A DNA stretch of 64,000 nt from a virus (Duplodnaviria; Caudoviricetes). Numbering within the stretch: the stretch's first letter is position 1; the number at the start of each line of letters is the position of its first letter. The position numbers and the translations under genes are program-made. Shown here piece by piece: positions 1 to 8,463 of the stretch. The notes under the pieces are model-generated. The model was not told where the DNA came from and did no database searches. It saw nothing but the letters and a program-made list of their open reading frames with translations. The stretch covers positions 15,963 through 79,962 of the IMG/VR virus record IMGVR_UViG_2919380674_000001; one strand, written 5' to 3'.

Positions 1-127
1 CGGCTATCTGTTGGTTTACAGCACTCGGTGCTGGGTCATTGTTGAGGTCGCGCAGGTATTCCATGAAGGCGAATAGCCGCATGTTTTTCGCCATCGCCCA
101 CACCGTGGCTTTATCCATCTCACCCAT
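1..127 (-). CDS. Partial hypothetical protein running off the left edge (MGEMDKATVWAMAKNMRLFAF...)
   Basis: AGGAG RBS on the - strand before the ATG at 127; frame stays open to the window edge; absent from the ORF track. Confidence 0.4.
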   Translation of the reverse strand, partial: MGEMDKATVWAMAKNMRLFAFMEYLRDLNNDPAPSAVNQQIA

Positions 128-201
128 ATCTCCTGCTCGCCCGCGCTGCACTGTTTGTCTGCAGGGTATACCCGGCATCTCGGGAAGCAATTTTCATGAC
201 A

Positions 202-315
202 CCCGTCCGGATTAGGTGGTGCTCGAGGGCGTATGTGCGAGAGCCCCAAAGCTCAGTGACCACAAACCCATCCTGGGGGTTAACTCCTTGAAGGTTTGTG
301 GCCTACCACTGAGAG
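202..315 (+). promoter_or_regulatory. Phage-specific bipartite motif, copy 1
   Basis: CCCGTCCGGATT-N11-GAGGGCGTATG followed by GGGGTTAACTC-N11-GTGGCCT..ACTGAGAG; recurs at 8315 and 36805. Confidence 0.6.
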
Positions 316-374
316 TCGCTCGCACCAATCGGTGCACCTTTCGTCTATTTGGCTCTCAGAACAGGAGCCTTGTT

Positions 375-1157
375 ATGGGAAACACCATTCAAACCTTTAC
401 CAATGACCGTTTTGGGCAGGTACGTAGCTTCGCCGCCGATGATCAGACGTGGTTCATCGCCGCCGATATCTGCCAAGCCCTCGAGCTAACGAACCCATCG
501 GTTGCTGTCTCGCGTCTCGACGATGATGAGAAGGCTAAGTTCAACTTAGGGTTCTCCGGCGGTGCCACATGGTGCGTCAACGAACCCGGCCTTTACGGGC
601 TGATCATGGCATCACGCAAACCAGAAGCCCGAGCATTCAAGCGTTGGGTCACCCACGAGGTGCTGCCATCGATCCGCCACCGTGGCCTGTATGCCACTGA
701 TGAGCTGGTCACTAATCCTGAAGCGCTCCTCAAAGTGCTTGATGCCTACGTCGCGGAGCGCCGCAAAACCGCAGAGCTCACGTTGCAGAATCTTGCGCAA
801 GCTCAAGCCTTGGCTGAAGCGAAACCGAAACTGTCCTACTACGACATGGTACTCAAAGCCAAGGACGCTCTTCCGATAACGGTGATTGCGAAGGATTATG
901 GGCTTTCTGGTCGCAAGCTCAACCAGCTCCTGCACAAACTCGGTATCCAGTACAAGCAATCGGGCGTGTGGCTGCTCTACGCCCAGCACGCTGGCAACGG
1001 TTACACCGACACCAAAACTCATGTCATTGACGACGGTAATCGCACCCGGATTCACACCTACTGGACACAGAAAGGCCGCTTGTTCATCTACGAGGCTCTC
1101 AAGAACCAGCTCAGCATTCTGCCGGTCATTGAGCGTGAGGGCCAGGTGCAAGCATGA
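375..1157 (+). CDS. Phage antirepressor (BRO-N + ANT/KilAC domains)
   Basis: WFIAADICQAL, VNEPGLY, FKRWVTHEVLPSIR and C-terminal WTQKGRLFIY; AGGAG before ATG 375. Confidence 0.9.
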   Translation: MGNTIQTFTNDRFGQVRSFAADDQTWFIAADICQALELTNPSVAVSRLDDDEKAKFNLGFSGGATWCVNEPGLYGLIMASRKPEARAFKRWVTHEVLPSIRHRGLYATDELVTNPEALLKVLDAYVAERRKTAELTLQNLAQAQALAEAKPKLSYYDMVLKAKDALPITVIAKDYGLSGRKLNQLLHKLGIQYKQSGVWLLYAQHAGNGYTDTKTHVIDDGNRTRIHTYWTQKGRLFIYEALKNQLSILPVIEREGQVQA

Positions 1158-1591
1158 CCGTCACGACTCTTGATATTGGGTTTTCGAAGAAGAACACCGA
1201 AGGCTATCTGGACCTGACAAGCTACCACGCTTTGAAGAAGCTCCAGCGCGAGCAGTTTGGCTACCGCCCGCTCGTCTATATCTGCTCACCGTATTCGGGC
1301 GACACGCAGGCGAACGTTGAGCTCGCCCGCCAATTCTGCGAGCTCGCAGTAGCAGCAGGCAAGATCCCGTTCGCCCCGCATCTGTTATTTCCGCAGTTCA
1401 TGGACGACGCCGATTCTGATCAGCGTGAGTTGGCGATGTTCTTCAATAGGGTGCTGCTCGCCAAATGCGAAGCCCTGTGGGCATACGTCGGACACGTCAG
1501 CCCTGGTATGCGCCTGGAAATTGGGTGGGCACGCGACCTCGAGTTGCCGATTAAGTATTTCGATTCTGATTTCAAGGAGGTCATGCCATGA
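1154..1591 (+). CDS. DUF4406-like phage protein (nucleoside deoxyribosyltransferase-like fold)
   Basis: LVYICSPYSGD, PFAPHLLFPQF, SPGMRLEI motifs. Confidence 0.75.
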   Translation: MTVTTLDIGFSKKNTEGYLDLTSYHALKKLQREQFGYRPLVYICSPYSGDTQANVELARQFCELAVAAGKIPFAPHLLFPQFMDDADSDQRELAMFFNRVLLAKCEALWAYVGHVSPGMRLEIGWARDLELPIKYFDSDFKEVMP

Positions 1592-3849
1592 CCACGCCTT
1601 TCACCTTGTACGCCGCAAATGTGAGCGGCGTGCAGAACAATAACCGCTACCCGAACAAACACACCATCGCCGACGCGGCATCCCTAGTGGCGGTTGCTGG
1701 CTTTGATCATGTGGCCGCAACCTATGTGAATGACCGTCGCTCAACTGCAACGTTCATGTCTTCGGATTGCGTGGTGATGGATATCGACAACGACCATACA
1801 GAAACCCAGGCCGAGTGGATTACACCCGAGAAGGTCGCTGAGGTGATGTCTGGTGTGGAGTTTATGACCGCGACTTCCCGCAACCACATGAAGCCGAAGG
1901 GCGTGCTTTCGGCGCGGCCGCGTTTCCATGTCTACTTCCCAATCCACACGATCACGAACGCGGACGACTATGCGGGGCTCAAGCACCGCCTCGCATCACG
2001 GTTCTCCTTCTTCGATCGCAACGCTCTCGACGCAGGAAGGTTCATCTACGGGGCGTCGAACGCGGTAGTGACGGTGCATGAAGGCGACCAGATCCTCGAT
2101 GCCTGGCTCGATAACGCTGACGAGATCGACGTATTCGCCACCTTCGATGCTTCCACTCTTGTGATTGGTGAAGGGTCACGCAACGCTACGCTCTCGCGCT
2201 TCGCAGGCAGGGTGCTCATCCGCTACGGGCAGACCGACCAGGCACGTGACTTGTTCGACCGTAAAGCGAATCTATGCGAACCACCACTCAGTGACAGCGA
2301 GCTGACGACGATTTGGAACTCGGCGTGCCGGTTCGCCGCCAAGGTCGCAGCCAACCCCGACTACCTGCCGCCCGAGGCGTATGCGCAGTTGACCACGTTG
2401 AAGCCGGAGGATTTCACTGACGTCGGCCAAGCCATGGTCCTCGCCAGTGAGTATGCGAATCGGATCTGTTACTCGCCTGCGACAGCGTGGATGGTTTACG
2501 AAGGCGGGGTGTGGGAGGAAAACGAACCTAAAGTCCAACACGTCGTACAAGAACTGACCACCCGCCAGTTAGAGCAAGTCGATGCTGAGCTGGAGGCGAT
2601 CAGTCAACGCGCCAGCGAGCTCGGGGTGACGGCGATGCTCGTGGCCATGACCAAAGCTAAAGCTCTCGGCATGTTTACACCTGAGCAGGCGCGGGTGTAT
2701 CGGGAGCTGACGGCGGCCCAAGAGTGGCAGAAGTTCATCTACAAATGCCGCTCAGACCGCACGATCCAGGCGGTCATGCGCCAAGCCCGACCCCTCGCCC
2801 TCATCAATCCCGAAGTGCTCGACGCTGACGCGTATTTGTTCAATACGCCCTCAGGAACGTTTGATCTGCGGGACGGGAGTAGGCGTGAGCATGACCCAGC
2901 GGACATGCTGACCAAGCAAACCGCAACCGACCCCTCCGACGAGGGAGCACAGGTCTGGCGTGATTCCCTCGAGCTGACCTTCGGCGGCGATGCCGAGCTG
3001 ATCGCCTACGTCCAACGCGTCTGCGGGCTGGCCGCGATTGGCAAAGTTCTCATCGAAGCCCTCATCATCGCCTACGGGGATGGAAACAACGGTAAGTCGA
3101 CGTTTTGGAACACCATCGCCCGCGTCCTCGGCTCCTATTCGGAGACCATCTCGGCGGAGGTGCTGATTGCGGGGAAGAAGAACAACGCCAAGCACGAAAT
3201 GGCAGAAACCCGAGCCCGCCGCCTCCTGATCGCTGGCGAGAACGATGAGGGCGTGCGTCTATCGACCTCGTCGACGAAGCAGCTGGCCTCGACGGATAAG
3301 ATCGCAGCGGAGAAGAAATACAAAGATCCCTTCTCCTTCACACCCTCCCACACCCTCGTGCTCTACACAAACCACCTGCCCAAGGTCGGGGCGATGGATA
3401 CCGGTATCTGGAGGCGCCTTGTCGTCATCCCCTTCACCCAAACCATCCAGCCCAGTGTGGATGTGAAGAACTATGCCGACCACCTCTATACCCACGCAGG
3501 CGGAGCAGTGCTGGCCTGGATTATGGAAGGCGCACGCCTGATCCATGCCGAGAATTACCGGCTCGCCCCACCCGCCTGTGTAGTAGAAGCGTCGGAGAAG
3601 TATCGGGCGGCTAACGATTGGTTCGCCCATTTCCTCGACGAATGCTGCGAGCTCGACCCGGGTCTTGAAGAGAAGTCTGGGGCGCTCTATTCCTCCTACA
3701 GGGCTTGGGCGCTTAGCCGTAGCGAGTACGTGCGCTCAACGAGTGATTTCTATGCGGCCGTGGAGAAAAACGGCTTCACCTCGCGTCGAAACAATCGCGG
3801 AAAACTCATCCGAGGACTTCGCTTGCTTGACGAATTCGAGCTCAACTAA
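1588..3849 (+). CDS. P4-family primase/helicase (PriCT, D5_N, SF3 helicase)
   Basis: EGSRNATL, Walker A GDGNNGKST, NHLP, GIWRRLVVIPF. Confidence 0.9.
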   Translation: MTTPFTLYAANVSGVQNNNRYPNKHTIADAASLVAVAGFDHVAATYVNDRRSTATFMSSDCVVMDIDNDHTETQAEWITPEKVAEVMSGVEFMTATSRNHMKPKGVLSARPRFHVYFPIHTITNADDYAGLKHRLASRFSFFDRNALDAGRFIYGASNAVVTVHEGDQILDAWLDNADEIDVFATFDASTLVIGEGSRNATLSRFAGRVLIRYGQTDQARDLFDRKANLCEPPLSDSELTTIWNSACRFAAKVAANPDYLPPEAYAQLTTLKPEDFTDVGQAMVLASEYANRICYSPATAWMVYEGGVWEENEPKVQHVVQELTTRQLEQVDAELEAISQRASELGVTAMLVAMTKAKALGMFTPEQARVYRELTAAQEWQKFIYKCRSDRTIQAVMRQARPLALINPEVLDADAYLFNTPSGTFDLRDGSRREHDPADMLTKQTATDPSDEGAQVWRDSLELTFGGDAELIAYVQRVCGLAAIGKVLIEALIIAYGDGNNGKSTFWNTIARVLGSYSETISAEVLIAGKKNNAKHEMAETRARRLLIAGENDEGVRLSTSSTKQLASTDKIAAEKKYKDPFSFTPSHTLVLYTNHLPKVGAMDTGIWRRLVVIPFTQTIQPSVDVKNYADHLYTHAGGAVLAWIMEGARLIHAENYRLAPPACVVEASEKYRAANDWFAHFLDECCELDPGLEEKSGALYSSYRAWALSRSEYVRSTSDFYAAVEKNGFTSRRNNRGKLIRGLRLLDEFELN

Positions 3850-3853
3850 CGAC

Positions 3854-3956
3854 GGGTGTGTTGGTCGTGTACGTCGGTACTAGCCCTTTATATAGAAGCC
3901 AAAAAAATACTTCTATATAGAGGTTTAGAACTAGACCTACATGACCAACACAACCC
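3854..3956. repeat. ~100-bp imperfect palindrome after the primase (candidate origin)
   Basis: Outer arms GGGTGTGTTGGTCGTGTACGTC / GACCTACATGACCAACACAACCC; inner arms TATATAGAAG / CTTCTATATA around an A tract. Confidence 0.55.
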
Positions 3957-3977
3957 TTGACAACTCAAGGAAAAGTC

Positions 3978-4256
3978 ATGAATGAAAGAACAATCGAAGC
4001 TCAGCTTAAGAAAGCCATTGGAGACATCGGTGGCTTGTGCTGGAAGCTTGTCTGCCCTGGAACCACGGGTGTACCTGACCGGATATGCCTGATGAGAAAC
4101 CGCGTAGTTTTCGTTGAGCTCAAAGCACCAGGCAAACAACCACGCCCAATCCAACAGCATCGGATGAACCAACTGCGCGACCAGGGATTCCAGACCTTCG
4201 TTGTCGATTCGGTTGACGGGATCGAGGAGGTGCTTGATGCACTACACGCCGCATAA
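3978..4256 (+). CDS. VRR-NUC domain nuclease
   Basis: GVPDRI...FVELKAPG..PRPIQ. Confidence 0.9.
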   Translation: MNERTIEAQLKKAIGDIGGLCWKLVCPGTTGVPDRICLMRNRVVFVELKAPGKQPRPIQQHRMNQLRDQGFQTFVVDSVDGIEEVLDALHAA

Positions 4257-5610
4257 CTACCAACGCCAGGCGACCGATTTCATCATCGACCATCACGAGG
4301 CGGCGATCTTTCTTGGGATGGGTTTGGGCAAATCGGTGATCACGTTGACGGCGATCTGGCAGCTCATGCTCGACTATTTCACCATCCACCGCGTCCTCCT
4401 CATCGCTCCATTACGCGTCGCGCGAGACACTTGGCCTGCAGAAATCGCGAAGTGGGATCACCTGCGAGGTTTGACCGTATCGGTCGCTGTTGGCACCAAA
4501 CAAGACCGGCTGGACGCTCTCGCGGCGTCTGCGATGGTGACCATCATCAATCGCGAAAACATCCCATGGCTCATTAGCCAGCTTGGGAGTGCGTGGCCGT
4601 TCGACATGGTCATCATCGACGAACTGTCCAGCTTCAAGAACCATCGTGCGAAGAGGTTCACTGCGCTGGTGAAAATGCGCCCATACGTTAAACGCTGGGT
4701 TGGCCTGACCGGAACGCCAGCGTCGAACGGGCTGATGGATGTGTGGGCTGGGTTCCGTCTTCTCGACGGCGGCGAGCGTTTGGGCCGTTTCATTACTCGT
4801 TATCGTGAGCGGTGGTTTGTGCCCGATAAGCGCAATGGGATGCAGGTCTTCACCTATAAGCCCCGTGTGGGTGCTGAGGATGAGATCTATGGGGCGATTG
4901 GTGACATGACGTTGTCGATGCGAACCACCGACCACCTCCAACTCCCGCCGTTGACGGTCACGACCACGCCCGTCACGTTGGAGCCGAAAGAACGCAAGGT
5001 CTACGAGCAACTCAAGGCAGACCTCGTCCTCGACCTTGATGAGGCGACGGTTGATGCCGCGAACGCCGCAGCTTTGTCCGGAAAGCTACTCCAACTCGCG
5101 AGCGGCGCGATCTACACCGGCGAGGGTGACTGGGCTTCTGTGCATGAGCGCAAGCTCGACGCTCTAGAAGACCTCATCGAGGCAGCCAACGGCAACCCAC
5201 TGCTCGTGGCCTACTGGTTTACCCATGACCGCGAACGCATCGTCTCCCGGTTCCCGCAGGCTCGCGAACTCAAAACAAGCGCGGATATCGAAGCGTGGAA
5301 TCGCGGAGAAGTCACGTTCGGACTGATTCACCCCGCGTCGGCCGGCCACGGGCTGAACCTCCAGAGCGGTGGGCATCTGCTGGTGTGGTTCTCGTTGACG
5401 TGGAGTCTCGAGCTCTATCAACAGACGAACGCCAGGCTTTATCGGCAAGGGCAATCCGAACCTGTGACGATCACGCACCTGATCTCTGAAGGGACGCTCG
5501 ATGAAGTCGTGCTCAAAGCCCTTGATGCGAAAGATGCTACGCAGGCTGCGTTGATCGACGCGGTCACAGCAGAAATCACAACCACTGAAAGGACAAGCTC
5601 ATGCATGTGA
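4237..5610 (+). CDS. SNF2-family helicase
   Basis: MGLGKS, IIDELS, LTGTP, SAGHGLNLQ, QTNARLYRQGQ. Confidence 0.9.
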   Translation: MHYTPHNYQRQATDFIIDHHEAAIFLGMGLGKSVITLTAIWQLMLDYFTIHRVLLIAPLRVARDTWPAEIAKWDHLRGLTVSVAVGTKQDRLDALAASAMVTIINRENIPWLISQLGSAWPFDMVIIDELSSFKNHRAKRFTALVKMRPYVKRWVGLTGTPASNGLMDVWAGFRLLDGGERLGRFITRYRERWFVPDKRNGMQVFTYKPRVGAEDEIYGAIGDMTLSMRTTDHLQLPPLTVTTTPVTLEPKERKVYEQLKADLVLDLDEATVDAANAAALSGKLLQLASGAIYTGEGDWASVHERKLDALEDLIEAANGNPLLVAYWFTHDRERIVSRFPQARELKTSADIEAWNRGEVTFGLIHPASAGHGLNLQSGGHLLVWFSLTWSLELYQQTNARLYRQGQSEPVTITHLISEGTLDEVVLKALDAKDATQAALIDAVTAEITTTERTSSCM

Positions 5611-6059
5611 TGACGAAATACCTCGACACAAGGAAAGCCGCGATTGCAGCCCTGCAGGATTATGCGGTGATGGAACAGATCATCGAGAGTACCGACGAGC
5701 AGATCAAGGCCGCCTATGCTGATGCGGCCAGCCCAGCATCCCCGCGCATGGACGGCACACCACCATCTGGCGATCTGCATGCGTCCGAGAACAGGATCGT
5801 GGCCACGATTGAACGCATCGACACTTACAAGGCTCGCTACGCTGAGGCTCGTCAGTACATGGACTGGTTCCTGCCCGCATGGGAGATCCTCTCCGGGGAT
5901 GACCGGCTGGTGTTGGAGGCGTTCTTCCTCGGCGAGGGCACACAAGATGAGGCCGTGCAGCAGATCTGTAACCACTTCTACGTCGAGCGCACCACCGCTT
6001 ACCAGAAGAAGTCGCGTGCCTTGGCTCGGCTTGCGACTGCGCTGTACGGCCGTTTGTGA
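5601..6059 (+). CDS. Phage protein, possible late transcriptional activator (ArpU/RinA-like position)
   Basis: Lies between helicase and HNH; C-terminal sigma region-4-like helix pattern. Confidence 0.5.
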   Translation: MHVMTKYLDTRKAAIAALQDYAVMEQIIESTDEQIKAAYADAASPASPRMDGTPPSGDLHASENRIVATIERIDTYKARYAEARQYMDWFLPAWEILSGDDRLVLEAFFLGEGTQDEAVQQICNHFYVERTTAYQKKSRALARLATALYGRL

Positions 6060-6219
6060 GGGTTTTTCGCCTTTGCGCCAAAAGGTGTCAAGAACAGCGG
6101 ATGCATTTGCCTGTTTCGGCCTGCAATACTGTAGGTGGTTGAAAAGTAGGAGAAGCCCCAAGAACCCACACACACGGGAATCTTGGGGCTTCACCACATC
6201 CAGTGGGAAGGAGCCAGCG

Positions 6220-6597
6220 ATGCCGGTCAAACCAGCCTCTCCATGCTCATATCCTGGCTGCCCTGAACTGACCCGTGAACGCTTCTGCGAGGCCCATGCC
6301 AAGGCTGAGGATGCTCGGTATCGGAAGTATCAGCGTGATCCGAAGATTAACCGCCGCTACGGCTCACGGTGGCGCAAGATTCGCGCCGCCTACGTCGCAG
6401 CCCATCCGCTCTGCGAAGACTGCCTAGAGCAAGGCAAGTACACGCCTGTGCAAGAGGTTCACCACGTTCTCCCGCTCGAACACGGCGGCACCCACGACTT
6501 TGAGAACCTTCGCTCGCTGTGCAAGCCCTGCCACTCTCGCCAGAGCGCGCTCGATGATGACCGGTGGCGGCAACAATCTCGGGTCTACACCTACTGA
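6220..6597 (+). CDS. HNH endonuclease (packaging-associated)
   Basis: HPLCEDC, EVHHVLPL..GGTHD..NL..LCKPCH; AAGGAG before ATG 6220. Confidence 0.9.
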   Translation: MPVKPASPCSYPGCPELTRERFCEAHAKAEDARYRKYQRDPKINRRYGSRWRKIRAAYVAAHPLCEDCLEQGKYTPVQEVHHVLPLEHGGTHDFENLRSLCKPCHSRQSALDDDRWRQQSRVYTY

Positions 6598-6696
6598 CGA
6601 GCGCGCGTTGCCCGCTGTCGCGTCAAAGTTCTGGAACCTCAAAGATGCCCATCTTGATGGTGTTCGTTGGACACGGGGCAATGTCGAAAGCCTGGT

Positions 6697-6790
6697 GAGG
6701 GGTTGGGGCCTCTCGATCTCTACGGCCTTCGGAGGGGTCAGCGGGCGGGGCCAACCGTGCATAAAGTTTCTGAATCAAACAGGGTATTAA
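6697..6790. other. Candidate cos region
   Basis: G-rich non-coding stretch directly after HNH, the usual cos position in HNH-terS phages; positional inference only. Confidence 0.3.
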
Positions 6791-6825
6791 CCTGTACTGA
6801 ACCCCAATTCTTGGACAGTGTGATT

Positions 6826-7674
6826 CTATCCGATGGTGGTTAGTGCGTGTTGCCGGTATTCGTTTGGGGTCATCCCTCCGAGCCGTTCTTGTATACGCCC
6901 AGTGTTGTACCACTGTATGTACTCGTCAATCGCTGCGCGTAGCTCGCTGATGGAAACGAATGAGTCATTGTTGAACATTTCTTCTTTCAAGTGAGAAAAG
7001 AAGTTCTCCATCACGGAGTTATCGTAACAATTGCCCTTACGGCTCATGGATTGAACGCACTGATGCTCAACTAGCTGACTGATCCATGACTGGTGCTGAT
7101 AGTGATAACCCTGATCAGTATGAACAAGAACACCTTCAGGATCACCCGCTACACGAAAAGCCTTTTTCAGGCTCAACGCGGACACTTTCGTTGTAGGAGA
7201 CACCGAAAGAGTGTGAGCAAGAATCGAATGATCACACAAATCCATCACCGGAGACAAATACAGCTTCTGTCCCGAGATCTGGAACTGGGTAATATCGGAG
7301 ACCCATTGTTGATTCGGCTTTTCCGTGGCAAACCGCCGATCTAAATGATTATCAGCCCGACGTGACGTTGTACCGCGGTAAGAGTTGTAACACTTACGCT
7401 TCCTCGTTTTAGAGCGTAAACCGAGCTGCCTCATCAACTTAGCAACAAGCTTGCGCGACACACACCACCCATCGCGCAGCAGCTGAAGCCGCACACGGCG
7501 ATAACCATAACGCTGATGGCTTTTATCGAAAATCTTCCGAATCGCCTGTTTCAACTTCACATGCCGGTCCTGAGCCTGCATCTGCCCCAGCTGATAATAG
7601 AATGTCGATCGCGCCAGATTGGCTACCTGTAACAGTACCGGCAACGGGTATTCAGATCTGACAGTGGCAACCAC
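6826..7674 (-). CDS. IS3 transposase OrfB (DDE)
   Basis: YGYRR, WVSDIT, HTDQG, SMSRKGNCYDNSVMENFF. Confidence 0.95.
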   Translation of the reverse strand: MVATVRSEYPLPVLLQVANLARSTFYYQLGQMQAQDRHVKLKQAIRKIFDKSHQRYGYRRVRLQLLRDGWCVSRKLVAKLMRQLGLRSKTRKRKCYNSYRGTTSRRADNHLDRRFATEKPNQQWVSDITQFQISGQKLYLSPVMDLCDHSILAHTLSVSPTTKVSALSLKKAFRVAGDPEGVLVHTDQGYHYQHQSWISQLVEHQCVQSMSRKGNCYDNSVMENFFSHLKEEMFNNDSFVSISELRAAIDEYIQWYNTGRIQERLGGMTPNEYRQHALTTIG

Positions 7675-7682
7675 ACGGGTTT

Positions 7683-8183
7683 TCAGCCTTGCCCCTGCTC
7701 CCTCAGATCTCGTAATTTTTTCAAATACGCTACCTCTGCTTTTAACCTCGTATTCTCCTCAATCAACGCAGCATCCGGAACCATCGCGCGCCTCTCGGGA
7801 TCAGGGCTAGCGATTAACGTTTTCGGCTTCCTGCCACGCCTTTTCGGGCGTAAGCCCTCATCGCCAGCTAAACGCCACACCCGCACCCAGGAATACACGA
7901 TATCAACCGAAGAAAAATTGAACTCTGCCGCCAGCTGCGTCGCGGTCTCGCCAGCAAGAAAGCGAGCAACAATCGAGCGCTTGAACTCCCACGAGTAAAC
8001 AGCTTTCGTATCACGTGCCACAAGCGCCATTCTCCCATGGAGAGCCCACCTGTCATAAAGAAGATTCACCGGCCGAAACGGCAACCCAAGTTTTCTCGCT
8101 GTGGCTCGAGAGCCATACCCCGCCTCAAACGAATCAACAGCCGCCGCTCGCTGCTCCACCGACAACGAACTATCAGGACGCAT
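7683..8183 (-). CDS. IS3 transposase OrfA (HTH)
   Basis: HTH repeats and C-terminal LKAEVAYLKKL zipper. Confidence 0.85.
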   Translation of the reverse strand: MRPDSSLSVEQRAAAVDSFEAGYGSRATARKLGLPFRPVNLLYDRWALHGRMALVARDTKAVYSWEFKRSIVARFLAGETATQLAAEFNFSSVDIVYSWVRVWRLAGDEGLRPKRRGRKPKTLIASPDPERRAMVPDAALIEENTRLKAEVAYLKKLRDLREQGQG

Positions 8184-8314
8184 AACACCCCCAACCCTAA
8201 AACTGAACAAATAAACATCCAACTTTCAGGGTTCAGTACAACCTTTCAAGTTTCGTTGGCAGTTCTGCAAAGAGGCGAAGTGCCGTCAAGTTTTTCTCAG
8301 ATTTCCTTTTCGTG

Positions 8315-8350
8315 CCCGTCCGGATTTGGGCTTTCTTGAGGACGTATATG
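8315..8350 (+). promoter_or_regulatory. Phage-specific bipartite motif, copy 2
   Basis: CCCGTCCGGATT-N11-GAGGACGTATATG upstream of the gene at 8464. Confidence 0.55.
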
Positions 8351-8463
8351 CGAAGGCGATGAGTAGCAGGGGTGATAAAACGCCTTGCTTTGAAGCCTTC
8401 CTTGTAGGCGAGTAATCCTGCTCGCCTTGTGAAAACACGACATGTTTCCTGAAGGAGGAAATA

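Larger units (their letters stand above)
6793..8240 (-). mobile_element. IS3-family insertion sequence, 1448 bp
   Basis: Terminal IRs TGTACTGAACCC / GGGTTCAGTACA; 3-bp target duplication ACC at 6790-6792 and 8241-8243. Confidence 0.95.

Noticed and set aside
5439-6302. 287-aa minus-strand ORF and similar long antisense ORFs (28463-29341, 32584-33426, 38590-39312)
   Set aside because: Shadows of high-GC genes on the opposite strand; no RBS or recognisable motifs
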